From assembly GCA_016180645.1 (NCBI GenBank), contig JACPAV010000032.1, positions 1-36,763 of the forward strand: DNA of 36,763 nucleotides, in the 5' to 3' direction. Position 1 is the stretch's first letter. Each line of letters begins with the position of its first letter. The notes below the pieces were generated by a model that searched no databases, was not told the DNA's origin, and worked only from the letters and a program-made list of their open reading frames with translations. A program made the translations under genes and the position numbers. This DNA comes from Nitrospirota bacterium (GTDB lineage Bacteria > JACPQY01). Below, piece after piece: positions 9,060 through 17,112 of this stretch.

Positions 9060-9529
9060 TAGACCTCCAGCGGGTCGCCCATCAGATGTTTCACGAGCAC
9101 TTTGCCTTCGCGGAGACGCACTTGGACGTCACGCTTCCTCCGGCCTCCTACCTCCATGCCTCCGACATTGAGACCCTCCTCGCCGAGTATCTTCTTGGCC
9201 ATTTCTACGTTCTGCTGGCCGATGGACAGGGCGCTCGCCCCCATGAGGTCGGATCCTCCGATGAGTTTCACGACCAGCTCATGTTTTGAAACACCCTGGT
9301 TTTCCATTTCCGCGATCAACAGCCGTACTCCCGTATCGGTAAACTTGGACAAATCCGCGCGATTGTTCGACGTGCACCTGGGGAGCAGCGCGTGAAAGGC
9401 CCCTGCCACCATTTTCTGCTTTTCAAGCATGACAACGGTGATTCCCGAGGTGACGTTCGGAATGTCTAAAATCTTATCACCCCCGGCGGCAACCTTCAAT
9501 TCGCCGATCTTGATCATGAGCGATGGCAT
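9059..9529 (-). CDS. cheD: CheD-family protein lacking the catalytic Cys
   Basis: IKIGEL, FHALLP, KFTDTGV, KLIGG, IGQQNVE, EVGG are CheD motifs; the canonical GSC reads TSG. Confidence 0.85.
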   Translation of the reverse strand: MPSLMIKIGELKVAAGGDKILDIPNVTSGITVVMLEKQKMVAGAFHALLPRCTSNNRADLSKFTDTGVRLLIAEMENQGVSKHELVVKLIGGSDLMGASALSIGQQNVEMAKKILGEEGLNVGGMEVGGRRKRDVQVRLREGKVLVKHLMGDPLEV

Positions 9530-9537
9530 CGCGGGAG

Positions 9538-9566
9538 AGAATAGAAGAACTGGGGGCCAGCGTCAA
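9538..9566 (-). promoter_or_regulatory. sigma70-type promoter of the cheD operon
   Basis: TTGACG, 17 nt, TATTCT, 8 nt, then ATG 9529. Confidence 0.55.
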
Positions 9567-9595
9567 TGAACTCCGACGCTGGGTGCGAAGGCGTA

Positions 9596-9625
9596 TTGCT
9601 CCCCCGTTCGGCCCCACGCTATAGT
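9596..9625 (+). promoter_or_regulatory. sigma70-type promoter of amrS
   Basis: TTGCTC, 18 nt, TATAGT, 7 nt, then ATG 9633. Confidence 0.45.
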
Positions 9626-9632
9626 AGGAAGG

Positions 9633-10751
9633 ATGGAAACCAAACGGAGAGAATACATCGAAGCGGACACCATTGTGGGCGATTGGTGGCATCCACTCCC
9701 CGACGGCCGGATCCAGTGCGACCTCTGTCCCCGGTATTGCAAGCTGCACGAGGGCCAGCGGGCCTTTTGTTTCGTCCGCCAACGCCGGGCCGATCGAATC
9801 GTCCTGACCACGTATGGGAAGAGTTCGGGCTTCTGCATTGATCCGATCGAAAAGAAGCCGCTCGCCCACTTCTATCCCGGCTCCAGTGTCCTCTCCTTCG
9901 GCACCGCCGGCTGCAACCTGGGATGCAAGTTCTGCCAGAACTGGGATATCAGCAAGGCGCGGGAGGTGGACCGCCTCTCGGAAGCCGCATCACCTTCGGC
10001 CATCGCGGAAGCTGCGGTTCGCGCCGGATGCCGGAGCGTCGCGTACACATACAACGACCCCGTCATTTTCGCCGAGTACGCCATCGATACGGCGCTCGCC
10101 TGTCGCGAGCGGGGCGTCCTCAACGTTGCCGTCACGGCGGGCTACATCGCCTCGGAGGCCCGGAAGGATTTCTACAGCGTGATCGACGCGGCCAATGTCG
10201 ACCTCAAGGCCTTCACCGAGGAGTTCTACCACAAGACCTGCTACGGCCATCTGGAAGAGGTACTCGATACCCTGGCCTACCTCCGAAACGAAACCCAGGT
10301 CTGGCTCGAAGTCACCACGCTGCTCATCCCCGGTCAGAACGACTCGGAGGCGGAGGTCGATCAACTTTGCGAGTGGTACCTGCGGACCCTCGGGCCGGAC
10401 GTGCCGCTGCATTTCACAGCGTTCCATCCGGATCATAAGATGACCGACACGCCCCACACGCCGCCGGCCACGCTCTCCCGCTCGCGGCGCCAAGCCCTGA
10501 AGGCGGGGATCCACTACGTCTACACGGGGAACGTCCTCGATGCGGACGGGCAGAGCACCTACTGTCCGTCATGCGGACAGTGTGTCATCGAGCGGGACTG
10601 GCACCAGCTCGGCCGGTGGAGCATGGACGAAGGAAAATGCTCGGCGTGCGGCACGGTAATCGCGGGCCGCTTCGGGGCGTTGCCGGAGAATTGGGGTCGA
10701 CGAAGAACCCCCGTCACATTCCACACCGCCACTCCGGGGCCGCGGGCATGA
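9633..10751 (+). CDS. amrS: AmmeMemoRadiSam system radical SAM enzyme
   Basis: CDLCPRYC, DPIEKKPL.HF.PG, GCNLGCKFCQNWDIS (CxxxCxxC), AYTYNDP, C-terminal CxxC pairs. Confidence 0.92.
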   Translation: METKRREYIEADTIVGDWWHPLPDGRIQCDLCPRYCKLHEGQRAFCFVRQRRADRIVLTTYGKSSGFCIDPIEKKPLAHFYPGSSVLSFGTAGCNLGCKFCQNWDISKAREVDRLSEAASPSAIAEAAVRAGCRSVAYTYNDPVIFAEYAIDTALACRERGVLNVAVTAGYIASEARKDFYSVIDAANVDLKAFTEEFYHKTCYGHLEEVLDTLAYLRNETQVWLEVTTLLIPGQNDSEAEVDQLCEWYLRTLGPDVPLHFTAFHPDHKMTDTPHTPPATLSRSRRQALKAGIHYVYTGNVLDADGQSTYCPSCGQCVIERDWHQLGRWSMDEGKCSACGTVIAGRFGALPENWGRRRTPVTFHTATPGPRA

Positions 10752-10810
10752 AGCCTGCGACGACCGTCTCGAACATCTCTCCGGGGTAGCCGAGGGCTTT
10801 AGCCCGCGTC
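10741..10810. repeat. REP-like doublet (GTAG family) between convergent amrS and dprA
   Basis: + copy GGTAGCCGAGGGCTTTAGCCCGCGTC (10785-10810) and a degenerate - copy at 10741-10765; same family as 32905-32973. Confidence 0.6.
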
Positions 10811-10824
10811 TTGCGGTCGAGGAT

Positions 10825-11919
10825 TTACTTCCTCGCAAACAACTTCCCTGCGAATTGCTCCACGAATCCCACCAGCTCCAAACGGAGAAGGATCTCGGAC
10901 ACGCGGGCGGCGCCCAACCCGCACGACTCGATGATCTCATCCACGTGGATCGCTTCGGAGCCGAGTCGCTCCAACACGATTCGATCGAGTGGAGAAAGCG
11001 CGGAAAGATCAGGCGGGGGTAATGCGCCGGGCGCCCCTTTCCTGTCCGGAAAAAGCTCCTCAAGGATGTCGTCCACCCCGCTCACCAGCTTCGCGCCCTG
11101 TTGGATGAGCGCGTTGGTGCCCTTCGATCCCCGTGAATAGATGCTCCCCGGCACGGCGAAAACCTCCCTCCCCTGATCGAGCGCGCGCTGCGCGGTAATG
11201 AGCGAACCGCTCTTCTCCGCCGCTTCCACCACCACGACGCCCCTCACCAATCCGCTGATGATCCGGTTTCGGAGAGGGAAATTCCCCGCATCCGGTTTCG
11301 TGCCAAAAGCATATTCGGAAAGGATGGCGCCGCGCTCGGGAATGCTTTTGTACAACCGGACGTTTTCCGCGGGGTAGACCACGTCCATCCCGCATCCCAG
11401 CACGGCGAGGGTCCGTCCGCCGGCCTCCATCGCGCTCCGGTGCGCGGCCGCGTCGATTCCGCGAGCCATCCCGCTGACCACCGTCACACCGCGATGCACC
11501 AACTCCCCCGCAAGATGTCCGGCCGCCCGCACCCCGTCTCTCGATGCCCCTCGTGAACCGACAATGGCCACGGCGTCGTTCTCTTCCGCTTCGAGTTTCC
11601 CTTTCACATAGAGGCAGAGTGGAGGGTCCGGAATTTCAGAAAGGAGCGACGGATAGACACTCGAACCGAGCGGCAACAGATCCACACCGAATCGGGCTGC
11701 CTGCTCGACCTCCCGATCCACCGCTTCCCATTCGTGGAACTTTCGCAGCGCCGCCGCCAATTTCGGACCCACGCCATCCAATTGCGTCAGGGCGGACGGC
11801 TTGGCTTCAAGAACAGCTTTTGCCGATCCAAACGCTCGAACGAGCATTTTTCCAATGACCGGCCCAACGCCCGATACCCGCCCAAGCCCCAGCGCGTATC
11901 GGGCTTCGCTCCCCCCCAT
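10825..11919 (-). CDS. dprA: DNA-processing protein DprA
   Basis: YPSLLSEIPDPP, AIVGSR, VSGMARGID, NFPLRNRIISG, KSGSLITA, GREVFAVPG, C-terminal wHTH. Confidence 0.97.
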   Translation of the reverse strand: MGGSEARYALGLGRVSGVGPVIGKMLVRAFGSAKAVLEAKPSALTQLDGVGPKLAAALRKFHEWEAVDREVEQAARFGVDLLPLGSSVYPSLLSEIPDPPLCLYVKGKLEAEENDAVAIVGSRGASRDGVRAAGHLAGELVHRGVTVVSGMARGIDAAAHRSAMEAGGRTLAVLGCGMDVVYPAENVRLYKSIPERGAILSEYAFGTKPDAGNFPLRNRIISGLVRGVVVVEAAEKSGSLITAQRALDQGREVFAVPGSIYSRGSKGTNALIQQGAKLVSGVDDILEELFPDRKGAPGALPPPDLSALSPLDRIVLERLGSEAIHVDEIIESCGLGAARVSEILLRLELVGFVEQFAGKLFARK

Positions 11920-11928
11920 CGCTTGCCT

Positions 11929-13095
11929 CTAATCCGATCTGATCTTGTCGCCCACCTGCACCGGCGAATTGCTTCTCACGATGAGTGCCGTTGACGTCGT
12001 GGAACCTACCCGGAGAATTACGATCTCTCCCACCGTGACCGGCGGGATCAGGAGCCCGCCCACTTCCTCCTCCGACCGCACGATCTTGAAAACCTGTCCA
12101 GCCTCTGCCCCGCTTCCCGCGCCGAGATCCGTGTAAACGATGTGCCCCTGGCCGAGAAACTGGACGTCCTCCCTCGCCGCCACCACATAGCCCTCGATGC
12201 CTTTCCGGCCTTTCTTCACCAGCACCCTTTCGGGCACGGTTTGCATGGGTACGATGAGATCCTCGGTGGCAATGTAGTCGTAAGACACCAGCACGCGCGC
12301 GCTGGCGGATTCGGTGGATGTGTCTTCAATCTCGACGGAGCCGAGAACCTCGATCCGATACCCGAGGTCATCCCCCGTGTCGGGATGCTCGATCTCCTCG
12401 CCCACCCGCACCACGAGATACTTTTCGCCTTTCTGTACAGTGGGGGATTCCTCAAATTCAAGGTAGATGACATCGCCCTGCCCCATGAGACGCCGACCGT
12501 CCATCGTGCCCAGGACGCGCGGCGCCTCTTCGTATTCCTCCTCCGTGATGAATCCGGTGCCCAGCAGCCCCTGGTAGACGATCTCTCTCGGCTTATCGAG
12601 GCTCGGGATGACCCGGAGCGCCGGGGGTTCGATCTTTTTGGGAGGGACGAGCTTCATGACGGGCATTTCAGGCGGCGCTTCAGGCGGAGGGACGAAGGGT
12701 ACGGGGGGCGGCTCGAAAGCGGGGGCCGCGGCAAGCTCCGGCGGAAGATCGGGCACTGCCTCAATCCGGATGGGCGGAATGATCAGCGTCTGCCCGGGAT
12801 AAATCCAGTGAGGGTTCCCGACCGCGTCGCGATTGGCATCCCAGATATCGTTCCATCTCCAGGGCGAGGAAAAATAGCGGGTTGAGAGGTCCCAGAGGGT
12901 GTCCCCGTCCTCTACGGTGTGCGTCTGCTGTTCCCCGGATGTTGCCGAAGCAACAGCGGCCGACTCGGTGGAAGGTTTGGAGGATTCGGTTGGAGGCTCG
13001 GTTTGCGCCCCGTTCGATTCGGCCCATGAGGCCGTGCTGATCAGCAGACCCACAACCATACCGGCTCCCCCTTGTGCCATCCGTGGCCAATACAT
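11929..13095 (-). CDS. LysM peptidoglycan-binding protein
   Basis: Signal peptide and HTVEDGDTLWDLS...NPHWIYPGQ; occupies the usual position upstream of dprA. Confidence 0.9.
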   Translation of the reverse strand: MYWPRMAQGGAGMVVGLLISTASWAESNGAQTEPPTESSKPSTESAAVASATSGEQQTHTVEDGDTLWDLSTRYFSSPWRWNDIWDANRDAVGNPHWIYPGQTLIIPPIRIEAVPDLPPELAAAPAFEPPPVPFVPPPEAPPEMPVMKLVPPKKIEPPALRVIPSLDKPREIVYQGLLGTGFITEEEYEEAPRVLGTMDGRRLMGQGDVIYLEFEESPTVQKGEKYLVVRVGEEIEHPDTGDDLGYRIEVLGSVEIEDTSTESASARVLVSYDYIATEDLIVPMQTVPERVLVKKGRKGIEGYVVAAREDVQFLGQGHIVYTDLGAGSGAEAGQVFKIVRSEEEVGGLLIPPVTVGEIVILRVGSTTSTALIVRSNSPVQVGDKIRSD

Positions 13096-13112
13096 TTAGC
13101 GACATCCCCCTT

Positions 13113-13841
13113 CTATTTCAGTTCCTCCAGTTTCCTCTGTGCTTGGTTCGCCGCGAAGCTGAACGGGTGTTCTTCGATCACCCGTTTGAAGCTCGATCCG
13201 GCCTGATCCGTTTCACCCAGGCGAAGGTGGCAGTAACCGATCTTCACGAGCGCATCAGGAACCTTGTTCCCCTTCGGGTACTGCTCGATCACCCGGTTGA
13301 ACATTTGAAGCGCATCTTGAAACTGGCCGCGCGCGTACTTCACTTCCCCCTGCCAGTACATCGCGTTGTCCGCGTTCTCGTGGGCGGGATAGAGTTCGAG
13401 AAATTCCTTGAAACCCCTTTCCGCATCGTCCAGCTTCCCCTTCTGGAATTTCCCGAAGGCATCGTTGTAGAGCGAAATCGGGTCCATCTTCGTGATGGTT
13501 TCATTGGTCAGAATCTTCCGCGGTTCAGGGGAAGGCGACGCACTGGAGGCAGGCTTGGGCAGGTCGGTCGTGGACGGTACGATCTTCGTGATTTCGAGCG
13601 GTTTCTGTTTGTCTTGCTCCACCGTTTGCAGCCGCTTGTCCACCTCCACCGTACGCTGGCTGACGATTTCGACGCGGGAGTCGAGATTGTCCATGCGCAG
13701 GTTCAGATCGACGAAGCTGCGTTGAAGATCCGCTAGTTGGGTCTTGATGTCCTGGGCTTCCTTCTCTTTCAGCCCGCCGGCACAACTTGCCAGCACAAAG
13801 GCCAGACCCGTTCCGAGTGTGAACTTGGGAAGTTTCCTCAT
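13113..13841 (-). CDS. cpoB: Tol-Pal protein YbgF/CpoB
   Basis: Lipobox LASC, coiled coil, TPRs ADNAMYWQGE, YPKGNKVPDALVKIG. Confidence 0.9.
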   Translation of the reverse strand: MRKLPKFTLGTGLAFVLASCAGGLKEKEAQDIKTQLADLQRSFVDLNLRMDNLDSRVEIVSQRTVEVDKRLQTVEQDKQKPLEITKIVPSTTDLPKPASSASPSPEPRKILTNETITKMDPISLYNDAFGKFQKGKLDDAERGFKEFLELYPAHENADNAMYWQGEVKYARGQFQDALQMFNRVIEQYPKGNKVPDALVKIGYCHLRLGETDQAGSSFKRVIEEHPFSFAANQAQRKLEELK

Positions 13842-13855
13842 CGCCTTAGCTGTAT

Positions 13856-13884
13856 ATTATCCCGCTCATCCGACTGATTTTCAA
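13856..13884 (-). promoter_or_regulatory. putative sigma70 promoter for cpoB
   Basis: TTGAAA, 17 nt, GATAAT. Confidence 0.45.
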
Positions 13885-13928
13885 CCGAAAACCGTGCGCA
13901 GCGGGCCATCACCCGCGCTCAACGCGGG

Positions 13929-14004
13929 GGTGGGCGACGGGATTTGAACCCGCAACCCCCAGTGCCACAGACTGGTGCTCTAACCAAGTTGAGCTACGCC
14001 CACC
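13929..14004 (-). tRNA. tRNA-His (GTG)
   Basis: GGTGGGCGTAGCTCAACTTGGTTAGAGCACCAGTCTGTGGCACTGGGGGTTGCGGGTTCAAATCCCGTCGCCCACC folds as a cloverleaf with anticodon GTG and an encoded G-1:C73 pair; CCA is not encoded. Confidence 0.97.
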
Positions 14005-14019
14005 GTATGGATTTCAATG

Positions 14020-14048
14020 AGGCTACGCCGATGTCCGCCGATTTTCAA
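14020..14048 (-). promoter_or_regulatory. putative tRNA-His promoter
   Basis: TTGAAA, 17 nt, TAGCCT, ending 15 nt before the tRNA 5' end. Confidence 0.4.
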
Positions 14049-14100
14049 ATTTTCATGCCGCTGGCTCTCGCCAACCCACATACATCGTACACCTTGATAT

Positions 14101-14123
14101 TGGGGTCAAGGCTTTACTTGACA
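14101..14123 (+). repeat. left inverted repeat / REP-like hairpin
   Basis: Internal hairpin GTCAAG-6 nt-CTTGAC. Confidence 0.85.
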
Positions 14124-14125
14124 CA

Positions 14126-15064
14126 TTATCTTCCATCTCGCAGGCGTGAGAGGGTGCGAGAAAAGGACCGATCCTTTCTCATCATGGCCTCCGCCGCCAC
14201 ACAGGCACGGGTGACCGCGCTGTCGCTGCCCAGACCGAAATGCGCCTTGATCTCCTCGTGTGGGAAACCCGCCACCCGACAGGCGACATAGATCGACGCG
14301 TTTCGAGCCGAATTGAGTCGCCCACGCCGACTGTTCATGAGTACCTCGCGCCGAACCCCCAAGGCCCGCGCCACGGCGTCCGATACCACACCCAAGCTGG
14401 GAAACTGAGGGGTTCGTTCCGAACGGGGGTGCCGGTCGGAGGGCCGAATACCCTTCGGGATCCGAACCTCAAACCCCTCCCTCCCCAAGAAGGGGCTGTA
14501 GCGCCTTCGCTGGTAAAACTCCTGAAGGCTCTTCTCATTCCCTTCCGCCACAAATTCTTCAAAGGCCCGCAGGCTCGAAAAGCGTAAAAGCACCTCCTCT
14601 CCGGCCAGCCAGGATGGTCCCGATCGCATCCGATACAAACGGTGGCTGCTCCAGGCATAGTCCGCCGGGGACCGCACCACGCCCGCCTCAACTGGGTTGA
14701 GATGGATGTACCGGACGAGTTGAAGCAGGTACTCCTCCGCCTCCACCAGAATTGCCTTGTACCGCCCGCGGAACAAGGGGCCATTCCTTCCCCGCTTCCG
14801 GTTGAAACGCTGCGTGTATACCCCATCCACGTGCCGCATCACCCTCGAAAGATTTCCCCGTGGAGTCCGAAGGAATACATGGTAATGGTTCGACATGAGG
14901 CAATAAGCATAGGTCACGACTCCCCACCGCCTGAACGCGTCCTCCAATAGCTCGGTGAATCCCTCCGCGTCCTCATCCGTCACGAACGTCTGCATCCTCC
15001 CCAGCCCCCGGTTCATTACGTGGTAGTAGGCACCCGGAAACTCGATCCGCAAAGGCCGCGACAC
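14126..15064 (-). CDS. REP-associated tyrosine transposase (Y1 HUH) with a C-terminal DnaA-like HTH
   Basis: MSRPLRIEFPGAYYHVMNRG, AYCLMSNHYH (HUH), GPLFRGRYKA, RYIHLNPV (catalytic Tyr), YAWSS, C-terminal ARNASIY...EEIKAHFG...SAV. Confidence 0.92.
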   Translation of the reverse strand: MSRPLRIEFPGAYYHVMNRGLGRMQTFVTDEDAEGFTELLEDAFRRWGVVTYAYCLMSNHYHVFLRTPRGNLSRVMRHVDGVYTQRFNRKRGRNGPLFRGRYKAILVEAEEYLLQLVRYIHLNPVEAGVVRSPADYAWSSHRLYRMRSGPSWLAGEEVLLRFSSLRAFEEFVAEGNEKSLQEFYQRRRYSPFLGREGFEVRIPKGIRPSDRHPRSERTPQFPSLGVVSDAVARALGVRREVLMNSRRGRLNSARNASIYVACRVAGFPHEEIKAHFGLGSDSAVTRACVAAEAMMRKDRSFSRTLSRLRDGR

Positions 15065-15070
15065 GCCCCG

Positions 15071-15099
15071 ACTCTACCCAGCCCATCGAGTTATGTCAA
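15071..15099 (-). promoter_or_regulatory. transposase promoter with its -35 inside the right inverted repeat
   Basis: TTGACA (15099-15094), 17 nt, TAGAGT, 6 nt, then GTG 15064. Confidence 0.65.
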
Positions 15100-15116
15100 G
15101 TAAAGCCTTGACCCCA
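15094..15116 (-). repeat. right inverted repeat / REP-like hairpin
   Basis: TGTCAAGTAAAGCCTTGACCCCA, the exact reverse complement of 14101-14123. Confidence 0.85.
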
Positions 15117-15160
15117 TAGCCGATGGGGCCACCCCTTCCGGAGGATGGGTGACATCACAT

Positions 15161-16666
15161 TCACAGGTAGATCGATCTCAACAATTCCCAACCGATACCC
15201 AGCGTCTTCAAGACACCTGGGATCAGCGGACCTGACCTTGCCCCCGCCGGACAGAAATCGACCAATTTTCCGGAATCGCAACGAACGATGCGCCCATCTC
15301 TGATAACCGCTGCCGGGCGAGCTACCGTGCCCAGGTCGGCCAGAGGGTCTTCGGTCAAGATCAGCGCGTCGGCCAGCACGCCCGGTGTGAGCCCCCCCAG
15401 GTCATCCCTGCCCAAGGCGCGCGCGCTGCCGCGGGTGGCCGCCTGCAAAACCACACCAGCCGGCAAACCCGCTTTCTGCATTTCCAGCATTTCGCGACCG
15501 GCCGAGCCGTGCAAGCCGTAGCAAAAAGAAGTATCCGTACCAAAACCCAGCTCGACGCCCGCTTTCCACAGTTCGTAGAGGTTTTGACGCGCCGTGGCCA
15601 TGGCCGTTTCAAGGCGGGATTTTTTCAATCCTGGCAGGAAATCTCCCGGGATGTCATTGCCCGGCAGTTTCATCCGGCGGTCGAAATCCAGCAACCTGCC
15701 GTAGAAGTGGGGTAGGACTTGTGGCTGGAGTTCGGCCACCAGCCCGCTATTTTCGAGCGCCTCGCCGAACGCCGCAAACACCCAGAGGGTGGGAATGACT
15801 ATGACCCGGTTGCGCGCGGCCTGTCGAACAATTTCTTCAGGCAACGGCAAGAAAGAGCTGTGCGCGATGACGGGTGCGCCTGCCGTCAGAGCGCGACGAT
15901 ACCCCTCGGGGGAATGGGCATGCACGAAGACCCGCAGGCCCTGCTTCTTGGCCTCATCTACTGCTGCGCTGAAGACGTCCTGATCCATGATCTTGAGGGG
16001 GCGTTCGTTGTAGGCAAGCTCCATAGCCGCGATCTTTACCAGGTTGGCGCCGGCGTTCTTGATGCGTCGGACGGTGGTGCGAGCATGGTCCGACGAATCC
16101 AGGCCAATAGCCACAACCAGTTCCTCCGCCAGATTAGGGTCCAGCCAATCAAAGGGATATCCTTCCGGCGCGGTCAGGATCGGGCCGGCGACAATGTAGC
16201 GTGGCCAATCTTTCCCGGCCTCCACCTCACTTTGCAGCCGGTCGCGAAGAGCGACACTCCCATATAGCGGTCCGCCGAGATCGACCACCGTCGTCTCGCC
16301 GTAGCTGAGCGCCACATCGAAATTCATCGGGATCTGGCGCACGTTCTCCCAGCCCACCCCCTCGTCTCCGCTGCACAGGCCGGCTCTCATCATGTGGGTA
16401 TGCCCATCGACCAGGCCGGGAGTCACGAACAACCTGCCGCCGTCCAGGATACGGGTTGTCGCGTCGGCCTTGAACTCGCCGGCCGGCACAATTCTGCCGT
16501 CGCGGATGAGCAGGTCGCCGCGAGAAAACTCGGTCGAGTTGCCGATGAAGATTTGCGCCCCTCTGACCAGAATCGTTTGCCGCGGGTAGGTTGCCGGGGA
16601 TTCAGCAAGCAGCCAATAGGCCGCCACCAGCAAGGCCGCAGCAGACGAAAAGATCCAGCGCCTCAT
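15161..16666 (-). CDS. metal-dependent amidohydrolase with an N-terminal signal/anchor
   Basis: PGLVDGHTH, VKI, VHAH, IAH, GTD, G.LAD motifs. Confidence 0.9.
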   Translation of the reverse strand: MRRWIFSSAAALLVAAYWLLAESPATYPRQTILVRGAQIFIGNSTEFSRGDLLIRDGRIVPAGEFKADATTRILDGGRLFVTPGLVDGHTHMMRAGLCSGDEGVGWENVRQIPMNFDVALSYGETTVVDLGGPLYGSVALRDRLQSEVEAGKDWPRYIVAGPILTAPEGYPFDWLDPNLAEELVVAIGLDSSDHARTTVRRIKNAGANLVKIAAMELAYNERPLKIMDQDVFSAAVDEAKKQGLRVFVHAHSPEGYRRALTAGAPVIAHSSFLPLPEEIVRQAARNRVIVIPTLWVFAAFGEALENSGLVAELQPQVLPHFYGRLLDFDRRMKLPGNDIPGDFLPGLKKSRLETAMATARQNLYELWKAGVELGFGTDTSFCYGLHGSAGREMLEMQKAGLPAGVVLQAATRGSARALGRDDLGGLTPGVLADALILTEDPLADLGTVARPAAVIRDGRIVRCDSGKLVDFCPAGARSGPLIPGVLKTLGIGWELLRSIYL

Positions 16667-16705
16667 CGAACGCCGGTCGCCCGACTCACCTTTTTCTGTT
16701 CTCTT

Positions 16706-16905
16706 TCATCGGGCGGACAGCGTGTTTTGCTCAGGATGAGGCCCAAGCCAGTTCACCCCACCCGTCTCGATATCGTAAATCGCGCCGACGACCTTCTGTG
16801 GCCTGCCATCAGTCTCCTGAGCGCCGCATCCGGAGAAATTCCAATGCCTTCTCCCGACGACCTCAGCCCTTCCGGGCGCATCCCTCTACGCTTGCGCGGA
16901 TCCAT
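16706..16905 (-). pseudogene. beta-carbonic anhydrase remnant with an internal deletion
   Basis: Hand translation gives ISPDAALRRLMAG (beta-CA N-terminal helix) joined out of frame to KVVGAIYDIETGGVNWLGPHPEQ (beta-CA C-terminus); the Zn-binding core is absent. Confidence 0.65.
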
Positions 16906-17112
16906 GTTCCTTGACCTCTTTAGGATCATGTATCACAGACGGCCTGAACCGTGTAGATGCGAATGTAGCCGTTCTACCTCCCATCCTCACCCCATGCCGA
17001 GGACGGTATGGGGGACAAGAACGTTTCATGAACGTCGGACTTTACCCCACCCTCTCACCGGATCAAAATAGGATTGCACCCAACCCATTCGACGGCTACG
17101 CTTGCCACTGCC

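Larger units (their letters stand above)
14101..15116 (-). mobile_element. RAYT-like HUH transposase cassette bounded by perfect 23-bp inverted repeats
   Basis: TGGGGTCAAGGCTTTACTTGACA (14101-14123) and its exact reverse complement (15094-15116) enclose one Y1 transposase gene; no target duplication is visible. Confidence 0.8.

Noticed and set aside
13929-14125. tRNA-His as an integration site of a genomic island
   Set aside because: No integrase and no duplicated tRNA 3' end seen; the transposase is on the 5' side and the tRNA promoter looks intact.
14126-15064. IS200/IS605 element with TnpB/IscB or an RNA guide
   Set aside because: No RuvC-type ORF and no room for a guide RNA inside the repeats; length and motifs fit RAYT-like proteins.
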